NCBI GenBank assembly: GCA_965222345.1
Contig: CBDCTS010000006.1
Coordinates: 15,146-79,145, forward strand
Reading direction: 5' to 3'
Length of the DNA: 64,000 nucleotides
Source: Terriglobia bacterium
Lineage (GTDB): Bacteria; Acidobacteriota; Terriglobia; 2-12-FULL-54-10
Shown: in pieces, positions 10,627-20,063 of the stretch
Layout: each line of letters begins with the position of its first letter
How positions within the stretch are numbered: position 1 is the stretch's first letter
Made by a program: the position numbers and the translations under genes
The notes under the pieces: generated by a model
What the model was told of the DNA's origin: nothing
The model's database searches: none
What the model saw: only the letters and a program-made list of their open reading frames with translations

Positions 10627-11259
10627 TTAGGCGGCGATCCGCGCCGCAAACTCGCGCACGCCGACCAGTAGATTTCGCACTTGGTCTGCGTTGTACTCAT
10701 CGTATTTTCCATGTGCAGCCTTGTTTCTCAGGTCAAGCCAAGCCGTGACGTTCTTTTGATCGAGTTTGCTGTAGACGTCTGCGAACGCCAAATCGTTATT
10801 CATCGAGTCAGCCTTCTTGGGCTTGCCCGACATCTGCAACGGGATACCCCGGCTCTGGCAAAGGCTTCGGAGGTGATCTTCCAGGACACCGCCCACAAGC
10901 ACAGCGCAAGGGTCTTTGTAGCCTTGTTCAAGGAGGTGTTCGGCCATCTCCAGGAAGTCAGCAAACACCTCTGCGCGAACCAGACTCTGAAATTTGGAAA
11001 GGTATCCAGCATCATAGTCACGTCGAAGGGCTCGGAGTGCACCGGCCTTATTCGCCATGGTGCGAGACATCCATTCTCGGTACGGCGAGGTGGCGGGAGC
11101 GAGGCGGTCCAACGTGGTCGCCAGAATGGTATCGACCTCTGCGTAGAGCGACGGTCCCAGGTCTGAGAGATCGTCGTACTCCGCCTTCGCTCGGTGTGTA
11201 GACCAGAATTCGAGCGCCGCGTCTATTTGCTTCAAGATTTCCTGCTTGGTTTGTTCCAC
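10627..11259 (-). CDS. HEPN (DUF4145-like) protein
   Basis: AVLVGGVLEDHLR...LRNKAAHG (RxxxxH); GTG start after a purine-rich RBS. Confidence 0.75.
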   Translation of the reverse strand: MEQTKQEILKQIDAALEFWSTHRAKAEYDDLSDLGPSLYAEVDTILATTLDRLAPATSPYREWMSRTMANKAGALRALRRDYDAGYLSKFQSLVRAEVFADFLEMAEHLLEQGYKDPCAVLVGGVLEDHLRSLCQSRGIPLQMSGKPKKADSMNNDLAFADVYSKLDQKNVTAWLDLRNKAAHGKYDEYNADQVRNLLVGVREFAARIAA

Positions 11260-11278
11260 CGTCTCTCCCCACAAGGCC

Positions 11279-11306
11279 TGGAGTCGGCCAGATCTGGCCG
11301 ACTCCA
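11279..11306. repeat. 28-bp perfect palindrome
   Basis: TGGAGTCGGCCAGA|TCTGGCCGACTCCA, just upstream of the HEPN gene. Confidence 0.9.
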
Positions 11307-11616
11307 CAACGATCTGACCTGCCTGCCGTTTTTTCGGACCAGTGATTTACTGGAAAACAGCGCCGGTCGGGATTCTCAGTTTGTGTCCGTGGTCGTCCTG
11401 GTCAGCGCGAGCCGACATCGCCGGCGGCGGGGGTGGGAACGGTGGTGAGATCGTCCACGCCCGCCCCCCGCTGGGCTCACTCATCTGGTCATCACGCTCC
11501 CAGATAGCGGCTGGAACCGGGCGATCCGTCACAAGCGCATAGCCTAAAGGCCTTCCATGTCGAACATGTCGAAATAATCCAATCCTCGGGCTGCCGTAGC
11601 CAGTGATGGCAGCTAT

Positions 11617-11639
11617 AGTGTAACATTTAATGTTACACT
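11617..11639 (+). promoter_or_regulatory. higBA operator overlapping an extended -10
   Basis: AGTGTAACATT-T-AATGTTACACT palindrome; TGnTACACT 7 nt before ATG. Confidence 0.75.
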
Positions 11640-11646
11640 TCCTTTT

Positions 11647-11925
11647 ATGATCAAGGGGTTCGCTTCTAAGGTCCTTAGGAGGGCGTTTGAAGATGGAAAC
11701 TACCGGAGGATCAACCCTCAATGGAGGGCCAGGGTTGAACTTCTTCTGGACGCATTGGACGCAGCAGAGAAAGTGGAAGACTTGAACCTCCTGACGCTCG
11801 GCACCCACCCGCTGAAGGGCAATCGAAAGGGTGAGTGGGGAATGACCGTGACGAAGAACTGGAGGATTACCTTCAGATTCGAGGCGGGAGACGCCGTCGA
11901 GGTAGACCTGGAAGATTATCACTAG
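11647..11925 (+). CDS. higB: HigB toxin
   Basis: MIKGF...HPLKGNRKGEWGMTVTKNWRITFRF...LEDYH. Confidence 0.92.
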   Translation: MIKGFASKVLRRAFEDGNYRRINPQWRARVELLLDALDAAEKVEDLNLLTLGTHPLKGNRKGEWGMTVTKNWRITFRFEAGDAVEVDLEDYH

Positions 11926-11940
11926 AACGGAGGGCGTGGC

Positions 11941-12243
11941 ATGGCTAGAAATCTGGAGAGGCGGCCGACGCATCCAGGCAGGTTGCTACGGGGCGAGATC
12001 GAGGCTCGGGAACTCAATCAAGGGCAGGTGGCGGATCTTGTCGGTGTCGGGCGCAGGACCATTAACGAGATTTGCCAAGGACGAAGACCGATGAGCACTG
12101 ACATGGCGCACCGGATCGGGAAGCTCTTCGGCAACGGTCCGACGCTCTGGGTCAACATGCAGAAGGCGATTGACATGTGGGACGCTGAGCGCGAGCACTC
12201 GACAGACTACGCAAAGATTCAGACCTTGGAGATAGCACGATAA
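11941..12243 (+). CDS. higA: HigA antitoxin
   Basis: PTHPGRLL, HTH, MA.RIGKLFG...WVNMQ. Confidence 0.92.
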   Translation: MARNLERRPTHPGRLLRGEIEARELNQGQVADLVGVGRRTINEICQGRRPMSTDMAHRIGKLFGNGPTLWVNMQKAIDMWDAEREHSTDYAKIQTLEIAR

Positions 12244-12291
12244 AGGTTGTTATCGTTCTATGTCTCAGGATCGCCCGGTTTCGTCTTCTTG

Positions 12292-12540
12292 AACCCCCTT
12301 TCCCCTCGCCCTGGATGATTCCAGATCGGTCCTCGCCGTCAAGGGTTCGCTGCGCCGCTTCGCGCCCTGGACCGTTGCGGGACGATCTGGAGAGACGCGC
12401 TGTTCACGAGGGGAAAGGGGGGGGCGGGCGTGTGGACGGGCAGAAAGGGAACCTTTCGGTCATACCAGCCGCCTTGAGCCGTAGCCGAGGGGCGCTGTCA
12501 CCCGTAGGGCCGTAGCGCAGCGTAGGAGCCGCGCCTGCCA
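12292..12540. repeat. Hairpin plus oriT-like element, copy 1
   Basis: Near-identical to 51560-51890 and, inverted, to 17325-18219. Confidence 0.8.
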
Positions 12541-12757
12541 AGCGCATTCCGAATCGTTCCCATATATTGCCTAGCACTCAACGCCGGCATCCGGGTTGCC
12601 CGTCCGAACGAACCTCGCTTGACCAGCGACCTCCCACCGCGCCAGCTGCGAGCAGAGCTCCTCGAAAGCCCCCTCCGCTGCCTCCGGTTGGTATTGTGGG
12701 GCCGCGTCGGCGCTGAACGCGCGCCCCTTCTATCCGGGGAACATGGGAGAATAAGGC

Positions 12758-13735
12758 ATGGCGCGCAAACGGGGCGGCTTGGTTCCCATCGAGGAAGCCA
12801 TCTCTCATCTGGACGGGCCGGTGAAAAAGCTCCGCGACGCCACGCCCCAGGCGGTTCACCACTTCACCCGCTTCGATCAGGTGAATCAGCTTGTCGAGGC
12901 CAGCGAAGCGGACCCCGACATGGGTTTCATGGCACGCCTGCTGGCGCTGTGCAGCCTGCCCCGCACCAATCCCGGCGACCGGCTTCAGTACAAGCGCATC
13001 AATGGGCCGTACAAGCTCATCATGTTCTCAAGCGGTGAAACCAAGCTGCCCTTTGGCAACATACCCCGCCTGCTGCTGGCCTGGGTGTGCACCGAAGCAG
13101 TGCGGACCCAAAGCCGCAAGTTGATCCTGGGGACCTCGCTGGCCGAGTTCATGCGGAAGTTAGATATCAGCAGTGACAGTGGCGGCAGCCGGGGTGCCCG
13201 CACACGGCTGCGCAACCAGATGGACCGGTTATTCAGCGCTTCCGTTTCGCTGATCTACGAAGACGAGCACAGCAAGCAGTTCGTTACCTCGCCTATCGCA
13301 GACCGGGGGGAGTTCTGGTGGGACCCCAAACGGCCCGACGAGCCTATGCTGTGGGAAAGCAAGATCGAGCTCGGCGAGAAGTTCTTCCAGGAGATCATCC
13401 GCCACCCCGTGCCGCTCGACATGAACACCCTGAAGGCCCTCAAGCGGTCCTCGCTGGGCCTGGACCTTTACCTGTGGGTCGCCTACCGCACCTTCGCGCT
13501 CAAGCGCCCGTTGCGGCTCTCCTGGCCGCAGTTGTACCGCCAGTTCGGAGTAGACCCGGCACAGGCGGGCGACAAGAATACAGTGAACAACTTCCGCACA
13601 AAGTGCCTCCGAGAGCTAAAGAAGATCAAGCTGGCCTGGCCGGGGTTGAACTACGCGACGGCCAAGGGCGTGCTGGTCCTCTCGCCCTCGAAGCCCGCCG
13701 TACCCACCGCGCGGCAGCTTCAGCTCGTGAAATAG
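12758..13735 (+). CDS. repA: Plasmid replication protein (RepA_C-like), intact
   Basis: CSLPR, LPFGNIPRLLL, HPVPLD, LGLDLYLW; origin immediately downstream. Confidence 0.85.
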   Translation: MARKRGGLVPIEEAISHLDGPVKKLRDATPQAVHHFTRFDQVNQLVEASEADPDMGFMARLLALCSLPRTNPGDRLQYKRINGPYKLIMFSSGETKLPFGNIPRLLLAWVCTEAVRTQSRKLILGTSLAEFMRKLDISSDSGGSRGARTRLRNQMDRLFSASVSLIYEDEHSKQFVTSPIADRGEFWWDPKRPDEPMLWESKIELGEKFFQEIIRHPVPLDMNTLKALKRSSLGLDLYLWVAYRTFALKRPLRLSWPQLYRQFGVDPAQAGDKNTVNNFRTKCLRELKKIKLAWPGLNYATAKGVLVLSPSKPAVPTARQLQLVK

Positions 13736-13847
13736 CCGCAAGCTCCTTTTAGACAGATGGCCCAAGAAAGGTTTTCATCACCCTTCAACGATTCGCTGTC
13801 CGGCTTACGATTCCTGCGATCCTTGCTTCGATGGTTTGGGCAAAGGT

Positions 13848-14035
13848 TTATCCACAGACTACTGTGATCTGGGGAAGTTTTCCACGCTGAAACGGGAATA
13901 CTACTAGCACATCTTCTCCGCTGAAACGGGAACATCTTGGTGAGAACTCGCCGCTGAAACGGGAACACATACAAGTAGTTAAAGAACAAGTACTAAGAAA
14001 CAAGTAGTAAGAACGACTACGCCTGTGAATAAATC
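13848..14035. other. Putative oriV
   Basis: DnaA box TTATCCACA at 13848; iterons CGCTGAAACGGGAA at 13885, 13919, 13952; ACAAGTA repeats 13971-14010. Confidence 0.75.
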
Positions 14036-14567
14036 TCTTGAATCAAAACCACAAGAGTCTGACACTCAGCCTTGATCGCTGCGTTCAGTGCGGGGACTTT
14101 CGGCGTCACCTTGCGCTCCGACGAGGTACTGTCGTTCGTCTTCGGTCAGGTTATCCCGAATTTCCCTGCTCGTTTCAACGCCGTGGGACCGCCACCACCG
14201 GAAGCGTGGCGAAGATGCGGCTGCCGGGGTCCATTTCCAGGGCCACGGCGCTGAACAGCCCCTCCTCCACCGCATCGCAGCGCACCGACCCCGCGAAATC
14301 CGACGCATCGGTCACTTCCGAGCCAGATTGCCGACCTCAACAAACTCCGGCAGCACAGCCCACGGCGGGCGCTTCACAAATACGCAGAGCTGTGCTCAGA
14401 TCTACCTGATAAATCAGACAATCAATGGTTAGGCGGCATTGAATGAGAACGGCGGAGCGAAACTAGACCATAGAGCGGCGAATCGAAGCTGCTTTTGGGC
14501 GGAGTAAAAGTAGACCGTCCGAGTGGTCCAGCGAACATTCCTGTGGTGTTTGTGGGACACGAGAGGG

Positions 14568-16067
14568 ATGTATCGCGTGGAGCTATACGCTCAAGTACGG
14601 CGCAGTGTCTTTGTCGAAGGGCTCAGTGAGCGCGAGGCCGCCAAACGGTTTGGCCTGGCGCGAGGGACGGTGCGCAAGATGTTGCGCTACGCCACTCCGC
14701 CGGGCTATCGGCGGCGCCAACCAGCGCAGAGGCCGAAGCTGGATCCCTTCACCGGAATCGTCGATCAGATCCTCATCGACGATCAGGAACGTCCGAAGAA
14801 ACAACGCCACACCGCAAAACGCATCTTCGACCGCTTGCGCGACGAGTACGATTTCACCGGCGGTTACACGATCGTCAAGGACTATGTTCGCGACAAGAAG
14901 CTCGGCGGGCAAGAGATGTTCGTGCCGCTGGTGCATCCGCCGGGCGATGCCCAGGCCGACTTCGGTGAAGCTCTGGTGGTCATTGACGGCGTACAGCGCA
15001 AGGCGCACTACTTGGTGGTCGATCTGCCGCATAGCGATGACGCTTTCGTAAAAGCTTTCCCGGCCGAGACGACGGAAGCGTTTTGCGAGGGGCACAACGC
15101 AGCGTTTCGGTACTTCGGCGGCGTGCCACGCAGCATCCTCTACGACAACACGACCTTGGCGGTGGCGAGGATTCTGGGCGACGGCAGGCGCAAGCGGACC
15201 AGGGTGTTCAGTGAACTGCAGTCGCACTATTTATTCTCCGATCGTTTCGGGCGTCCGGGCAAAGGCAACGACAAGGGAAAGGTGGAAGGACTGGTCGGTT
15301 ATGCCCGGCGGAACTTCATGGTGCCGGCGCCAAGGTTTCCAAGCTGGGAAGCGTTCAACGAGCAGCTCGAAGCGCAGTGCCTCAACAATCGTAAGCGGCG
15401 CTTGCGGCGGCACACCGAAACGATTGAGGAACGTTTCAAGCGTGACCGCCAAGCGTTGTTGCCCTTGCCGCCCACGCCCTATGACGCCTGCGACAAACGC
15501 ACCACGCGGGTGACGTCGCTGTCATTGGTGCGCTATCGCGCCAACGACTACTCGGTGCCCACACGCTACGGACATCGCCAGGTGTTGCTGAAAGGCTACG
15601 TCGATGAAATCGTGATCTGTTGTGGCAGCGAAGAGATCGCGCGCCACCGGCGCAGTTACGAACGCGAAGAGTTGATCTTCGATCCGCTGCATTACCTGGC
15701 ACTGCTGGAACGCAAGACCAACGCGCTCGATCAAGCGGCCCCGTTGGCGGGCTGGGAGCTGCCCGAACAGTTCACGTGCTTGAGACGTTTGCTCGAGGCA
15801 CGGTTGGGAATGCCAGGCAAGCGCGAGTACGTGCAGGTATTGCGATTACTGGAGGACTTCCGATTCGAGCACGTTGCCGCGGCGGTGCGCCAAGCCTGCG
15901 AGTTGGGAGCGATTGGCTTGGATGCAGTCAGGCACTTAGTGCTGTGCCGCATCGAGCAACGGCCGCCGCGCTTGGACTTGACGAAGTATCCGCACCTGCC
16001 GGCAGCCCAGGTGGAGCAAACCTCCGCTGCGGACTATTTGGCACTGCTGGCACAAGGAGGGGGGTAA
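14568..16067 (+). CDS. istA: IS21 transposase
   Basis: AQADFG, LYDN, KGKVE. Confidence 0.95.
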   Translation: MYRVELYAQVRRSVFVEGLSEREAAKRFGLARGTVRKMLRYATPPGYRRRQPAQRPKLDPFTGIVDQILIDDQERPKKQRHTAKRIFDRLRDEYDFTGGYTIVKDYVRDKKLGGQEMFVPLVHPPGDAQADFGEALVVIDGVQRKAHYLVVDLPHSDDAFVKAFPAETTEAFCEGHNAAFRYFGGVPRSILYDNTTLAVARILGDGRRKRTRVFSELQSHYLFSDRFGRPGKGNDKGKVEGLVGYARRNFMVPAPRFPSWEAFNEQLEAQCLNNRKRRLRRHTETIEERFKRDRQALLPLPPTPYDACDKRTTRVTSLSLVRYRANDYSVPTRYGHRQVLLKGYVDEIVICCGSEEIARHRRSYEREELIFDPLHYLALLERKTNALDQAAPLAGWELPEQFTCLRRLLEARLGMPGKREYVQVLRLLEDFRFEHVAAAVRQACELGAIGLDAVRHLVLCRIEQRPPRLDLTKYPHLPAAQVEQTSAADYLALLAQGGG

Positions 16068-16828
16068 TGGCGAGGTCGAAACTTCTGCTCGAAGCGCATT
16101 TGAAAGCGTTGCGGCTGCCAACCTTCCTGCGCGAGTACGACAAACTGGCGCGGCAATGCGCCGCCGAGAGCTTGGATTCGAGGAGCTTCCTGCAACAACT
16201 CTGCGAGCTGGAACTGCTCGACCGTGAACAGCGGGCCACCGAGCGCCGCATCAAGGCCGCGAAGTTTCCCGTGACCAAGAGTCTGGACACTTTCGACTTC
16301 CCGTCCTTGCCAGCGTTGAACAAGAAGCTGGTGCTGGAACTGGCGCGCTGTGAGTTTATCGACCGCCGCGAAAACGTGCTGGCACTGGGTAATTCCGGCA
16401 CGGGCAAAACGCACATCGGCTTGGCGTTGGGACTGGCGGCTTGTCAGCGCGGCTATCGAACACGCTTCACAACAGCGGCGGCACTGGTCAATGAGCTGTT
16501 CGAAGCCCGAGATGAACGGCGCTTGCTGCGATGTCAAAAGCAGTTGGCCAAGCAGGATCTGCTGATCGTCGATGAACTGGGCTACGTGCCGCTATCGAAG
16601 ACCGGAGCGGAGTTATTGTTCGAAGTGTTTTCCCAGCGCTACGAACAGGGCTCGACGCTGGTCACCTCGAATCTGCCGTTTAACGAATGGACGGAGGTCT
16701 TCGGCTCCGAGCGGCTGACCGGCGCCCTGCTCGATCGCCTCACGCACCACGTTCATATTCTAGAGATGAACGGCGAAAGCTTCCGTCTGATCCAGAGCAA
16801 GAAGAAGCGGGCTCACTCTTTGGGCTGA
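16067..16828 (+). CDS. istB: IS21 helper ATPase
   Basis: GNSGTGKT, LLIVDELG, LLDRLTHH; TAATG coupling. Confidence 0.95.
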   Translation: MARSKLLLEAHLKALRLPTFLREYDKLARQCAAESLDSRSFLQQLCELELLDREQRATERRIKAAKFPVTKSLDTFDFPSLPALNKKLVLELARCEFIDRRENVLALGNSGTGKTHIGLALGLAACQRGYRTRFTTAAALVNELFEARDERRLLRCQKQLAKQDLLIVDELGYVPLSKTGAELLFEVFSQRYEQGSTLVTSNLPFNEWTEVFGSERLTGALLDRLTHHVHILEMNGESFRLIQSKKKRAHSLG

Positions 16829-16997
16829 CCCACCGGCCACTCGCCCGGTTTTCGTGGGACGGCCTCCACTACGCCTGGGCCGCCCTAAAGGGCGACCGCA
16901 GGCTCCGTTCCAGCCGTCCCACGAAAACCGCTACCCCTTCACCAACTGGTCTACTTTTGCTCCGCCGAAGTGGTCCAAATTTACTCCGCCCTTGACA

Positions 16998-17305
16998 CAA
17001 AGCCACTGGGGGATGGGTAAACACCTATTTTATGGGTGTTCTTGGGATGTATCTGAAGCGCCTCTTGGGATGTATCTGAAGCACTACTTAATAGGTTCTC
17101 CGATAGCAACCAAACGCACACACCGACAGAAAAACTTACCACCCTCTACTCTGAAACACCAACACCTCCGAAGCGGGGGGGGCTGACGCCCCGCGCAAAA
17201 GGAAAAACCAAAACCTTCCTTATAGGTAAACAACTGAAAACAAACACCTTACGCCATACCGCGGCGGTACGGGCAAGCGGACCGACAACAAAACCCCACC
17301 CAAAA
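16998..17305 (+). other. Last codons of a split repA plus its origin region
   Basis: K-P-L-G-D-G-stop; TCTTGGGATGTATCTGAAGC twice with a 23-bp period (17040, 17063); 17175-17305 homologous to inverted 38330-38460. Confidence 0.65.
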
Positions 17306-17360
17306 CCCCGGATAGCCTCCGCCAAGGGGCGAGGTCAAGCCGCTGGCGCGGCTCCTACGC

Positions 17361-17993
17361 GTGTGCCGAGCATGACCGACAGCTGGGAGGTGCAAGTCCT
17401 CTATCCAGCCTGATGGCGGTGAAGGATTAGCGAAGCGCAAGGGCGTCGTCGCGAGGCGGGGTCTGAAGGAAGCGTGGAGCAAAGCCGCGACCCGATGAAC
17501 AAGAACCGGATACGAGGCCTACCCGGCCGGACGAGCGAGCGCGTGATCGCGAAGTCCAGAGCCATCAAGGGCCGGGAGGGTAAATCCGGCGGGGATGCGG
17601 CGAAGGCGGTCGGTCTTACCTCGGGAGGTCTGCGCCGTGTCCGGAAGTCCCGGACTGAGCGGGTCCGCAAGGCCCGTGACCGCGGCGCAGAAGTCAGCAG
17701 AGGGCATAGTAGCCGGCTCGCCGGCGAAGGCCCGAACGACGGACAGGGTCAGTAGGACGGCAACGCTCATGCGGACCAGGCGGCAGAACATCCAGTTGGA
17801 GCTGGCCTTGGAGCCGGTGGCGAAGGGTGAAGCCCGGAACCCCGACACCCAAGGGACCGAAGCCCGCACGGCGCACGCCGAACCCGAACGCCCGGCGGCC
17901 CATGCCGCTTGACTCCGTCGAACCGCCGTGTACGGACCCGTACGCACGGTGGTGTGGGAGGGGAGGAGCCGCGAGGCTCCCCCCTATCCCGAT
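17361..17993 (+). ncRNA. Group IIC intron lacking the RT ORF (633 nt)
   Basis: 5' GTGTG; D5 GAACCGCCGTGTACGGACCCGTACGCACGGTGGTG; D6 ending CCTATCCCGAT; removal restores the empty allele GCTCCTACGC|TGCGCTACGG seen (inverted) at 12519 and 51860. Confidence 0.9.
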
Positions 17994-18299
17994 TGCGCTA
18001 CGGCCCTGCGGGTAACAGCGCCCCTCGGCTACGGCTCAAGGCGGCTGGTATATCCGAAAGGTTCCCTTTCGGCCCGTCCACACAGCCCGCCCCCCCCCTT
18101 TTCTCTCGTGAACAGCGCGTCTCTCCAGATCAGCCCGGAGCAGTCCGGGGCGCGAAGCGGCGAAGCGGACCCTGGACGGCGAGGACCGATCTGGAATCAT
18201 TCGCGGGGAGGGAAAGGAGATCAGAGCCGACCGAGCTTCTGAGCCAGTACACCTGGGCTCAACTGCTCATCCTTGAAATTGTGCGATAGCTAACCCGGC

Positions 18300-19292
18300 C
18301 TACGGACCCTCATCCGGATAGTAGCCGGAGCCGACCAGGATCGGCAGACCATAGACCACGACCCTCTTGACGAAAGTCACCTTGCGTTCCAGCCTCCTGG
18401 TGGAAGGGTTTACAGCCGAGTAGTAGAGGAAGGATTCCCCGAAGGCGTCCCCCACACTTACGAGATCCTGACCTTCAAGCGATGTGTTGATGTAGGGATC
18501 TAGCTCGGATACGCGGTACAACCGGCTGAAAGGATCTCCGTTGAACAGAGAGCTTCCGTAGGCGTCCACGCCGAACAGGTAGATCGAGCCGTTCCCCCAA
18601 CGCGGATCGGTGGTCAGGGACCGGACGGCGAAGTATCCCTGCGACTCAAGCTCCATGGCGGCGCAACGGACAAACTCCTGCAGCTTCTCTTTGGAAGGAT
18701 CAGCGTCAAGCCCCATGGCGTGGACCTCTTCACTTCTGCACGTTCCGGGTAGGTCGCGGCGATAGATCCCCGCGCCGATCGTGGCAAGGGCCCCGTCCCA
18801 GTCGATGCTCTTGAGGTAAGAAGCCTTCGGCTCATCCCTGCCGGTCGCCGGGTTCGTGAAGGAGTAGTAGATCCAGCCCTCGCCAGCGCTGTTCACGATG
18901 CGATGCTGTTCCCGGTACCAGTCGTTGCCGAAGGCGTCGATCAGCAGTCCCCACGGGAGCCCTTCTCTCGAAGGATCGGGTGGGAAGACGAACGCTCGAG
19001 ACATGTCGGACATCGGGGTCGCTTCGTCGACGAAGATATAGGTCGGGCCGCTTTCCCAACGCTCGTCCTCGTTAAAGGCCCGGCGGGCCTCCTCAAAGCC
19101 CACTTCCTGGACGAACTCGTAGGCGCATTGAACGAACACTTCAACGCCCTCCGGGGAGCGAACGGCGCGAGCAGTGATGGAGTGATCCGCGCAAGACAGT
19201 GGTTCAGCGGTGCCCCCCTGGGCAACGAGAGTCGGCGCAGCGGTGCAAAGTAGGATTGAAGAAATCAGGGATAAGGAGAAGTTATGTTTCAT
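18300..19292 (-). CDS. Secreted protein with two Cache-like domains
   Basis: Signal-peptide-like N-terminus; duplicated YIF...GWIYYSFTNPATGRDEPK / YLF...YYSAVNPSTRRLERK. Confidence 0.75.
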   Translation of the reverse strand: MKHNFSLSLISSILLCTAAPTLVAQGGTAEPLSCADHSITARAVRSPEGVEVFVQCAYEFVQEVGFEEARRAFNEDERWESGPTYIFVDEATPMSDMSRAFVFPPDPSREGLPWGLLIDAFGNDWYREQHRIVNSAGEGWIYYSFTNPATGRDEPKASYLKSIDWDGALATIGAGIYRRDLPGTCRSEEVHAMGLDADPSKEKLQEFVRCAAMELESQGYFAVRSLTTDPRWGNGSIYLFGVDAYGSSLFNGDPFSRLYRVSELDPYINTSLEGQDLVSVGDAFGESFLYYSAVNPSTRRLERKVTFVKRVVVYGLPILVGSGYYPDEGP

Positions 19293-19378
19293 AGTCTGCC
19301 CATTTTCTCACACCCACCCGAACAAGTCCACCGGAGAGGACCGCTCCTTAACCAGGGGCGGTAGTGAGGACCCTGTAG

Positions 19379-19954
19379 AGCAAGCCGAACGTCCATCTTG
19401 GCCCGGAGCGGTACAGGACGAGCCGGGGCGGGGCGTCGGAGACGGTGAAGCAGGCGGGGCGCGTCGAGCGGAGGAGCGCGGTGGACCGGAGCGAGCGGGA
19501 CGCAGACAGCCGGAAAGTGGAGCGGCTAAAGCGGGAGATCGCCGGGGTCGAGGCGCGGCTGAAGGAGACCTATGACCGAGTTAGAACAGCGGCTGACGAA
19601 CGAATTCGGCAAGCTGGCCGTGCAATACGCGCAGGAGCAGAAGCAGCTGCACGAAGAGGTCAACAGTTTGGGCAGCTATGTACAAAAGTTGGAGCGGCAA
19701 GTGAACGCCTCCGCCAAGCAACACAGGGAGGAAGTCAACAAATTGACCGAGCGAGTGGAAGACTTGATCAAGCAACAGGCGGAAGCGTTGCTCGATTTTC
19801 AGAAACGCTGCAACACCTTGGTGGGGGACGTGAACGCCTTCGCACGGCTATTGGAAGAGGAATGGAAGTGATGCAGAGGGATCGTGGCCGAGATGAACGC
19901 GGACGCGGCAGAAGTCGCGGCGGCAGAAGTCATGGATGGGACATCGGCCGGTAG
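19379..19954 (+). pseudogene. C-terminal remnant of a MobA/MobL-like relaxase
   Basis: KPNVHLGP motif and an Arg/Gly-rich tail RGRSRGGRSHGWDIGR. Confidence 0.6.
19572..19871 (+). CDS. MbeD/MobD-like protein overprinted inside the relaxase frame
   Basis: MTELEQRL...Y coiled coil; AAGGAG RBS. Confidence 0.65.
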   Translation: MTELEQRLTNEFGKLAVQYAQEQKQLHEEVNSLGSYVQKLERQVNASAKQHREEVNKLTERVEDLIKQQAEALLDFQKRCNTLVGDVNAFARLLEEEWK

Positions 19955-20063
19955 TTAGGGCAGCGGCCGCCAGCACTCCGTTCCATTGATTCACATAAAG
20001 CGATAGGATTAGACGCGAATAAAGCGCTACGCTATATATGATGTGGTCCAGAGCGTGGATGCC

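Larger units (their letters stand above)
14444..16997 (+). mobile_element. IS21-family element, copy 1 (2554 bp)
   Basis: TG...CA ends with internal repeats; istA/istB; inverted copy at 29223-31776. Confidence 0.95.

Noticed and set aside
13885-14010. Spaced 14-mers as a mini-CRISPR
   Set aside because: Repeats are too short, and their position after repA beside a DnaA box fits iterons
14405-14443. GTTAGGC as an integron attI/attC core
   Set aside because: No integron integrase or complementary half-site is visible
15620-16066. N-terminal extension of IstB (also 30154-30600)
   Set aside because: Overlaps istA; the true start is the ATG in TAATG after an AAGGAGG RBS
17595-17912. Retron or DGR interpretation of the structured RNA
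   Set aside because: No reverse transcriptase in the window; the ends and D5/D6 identify a group II intron
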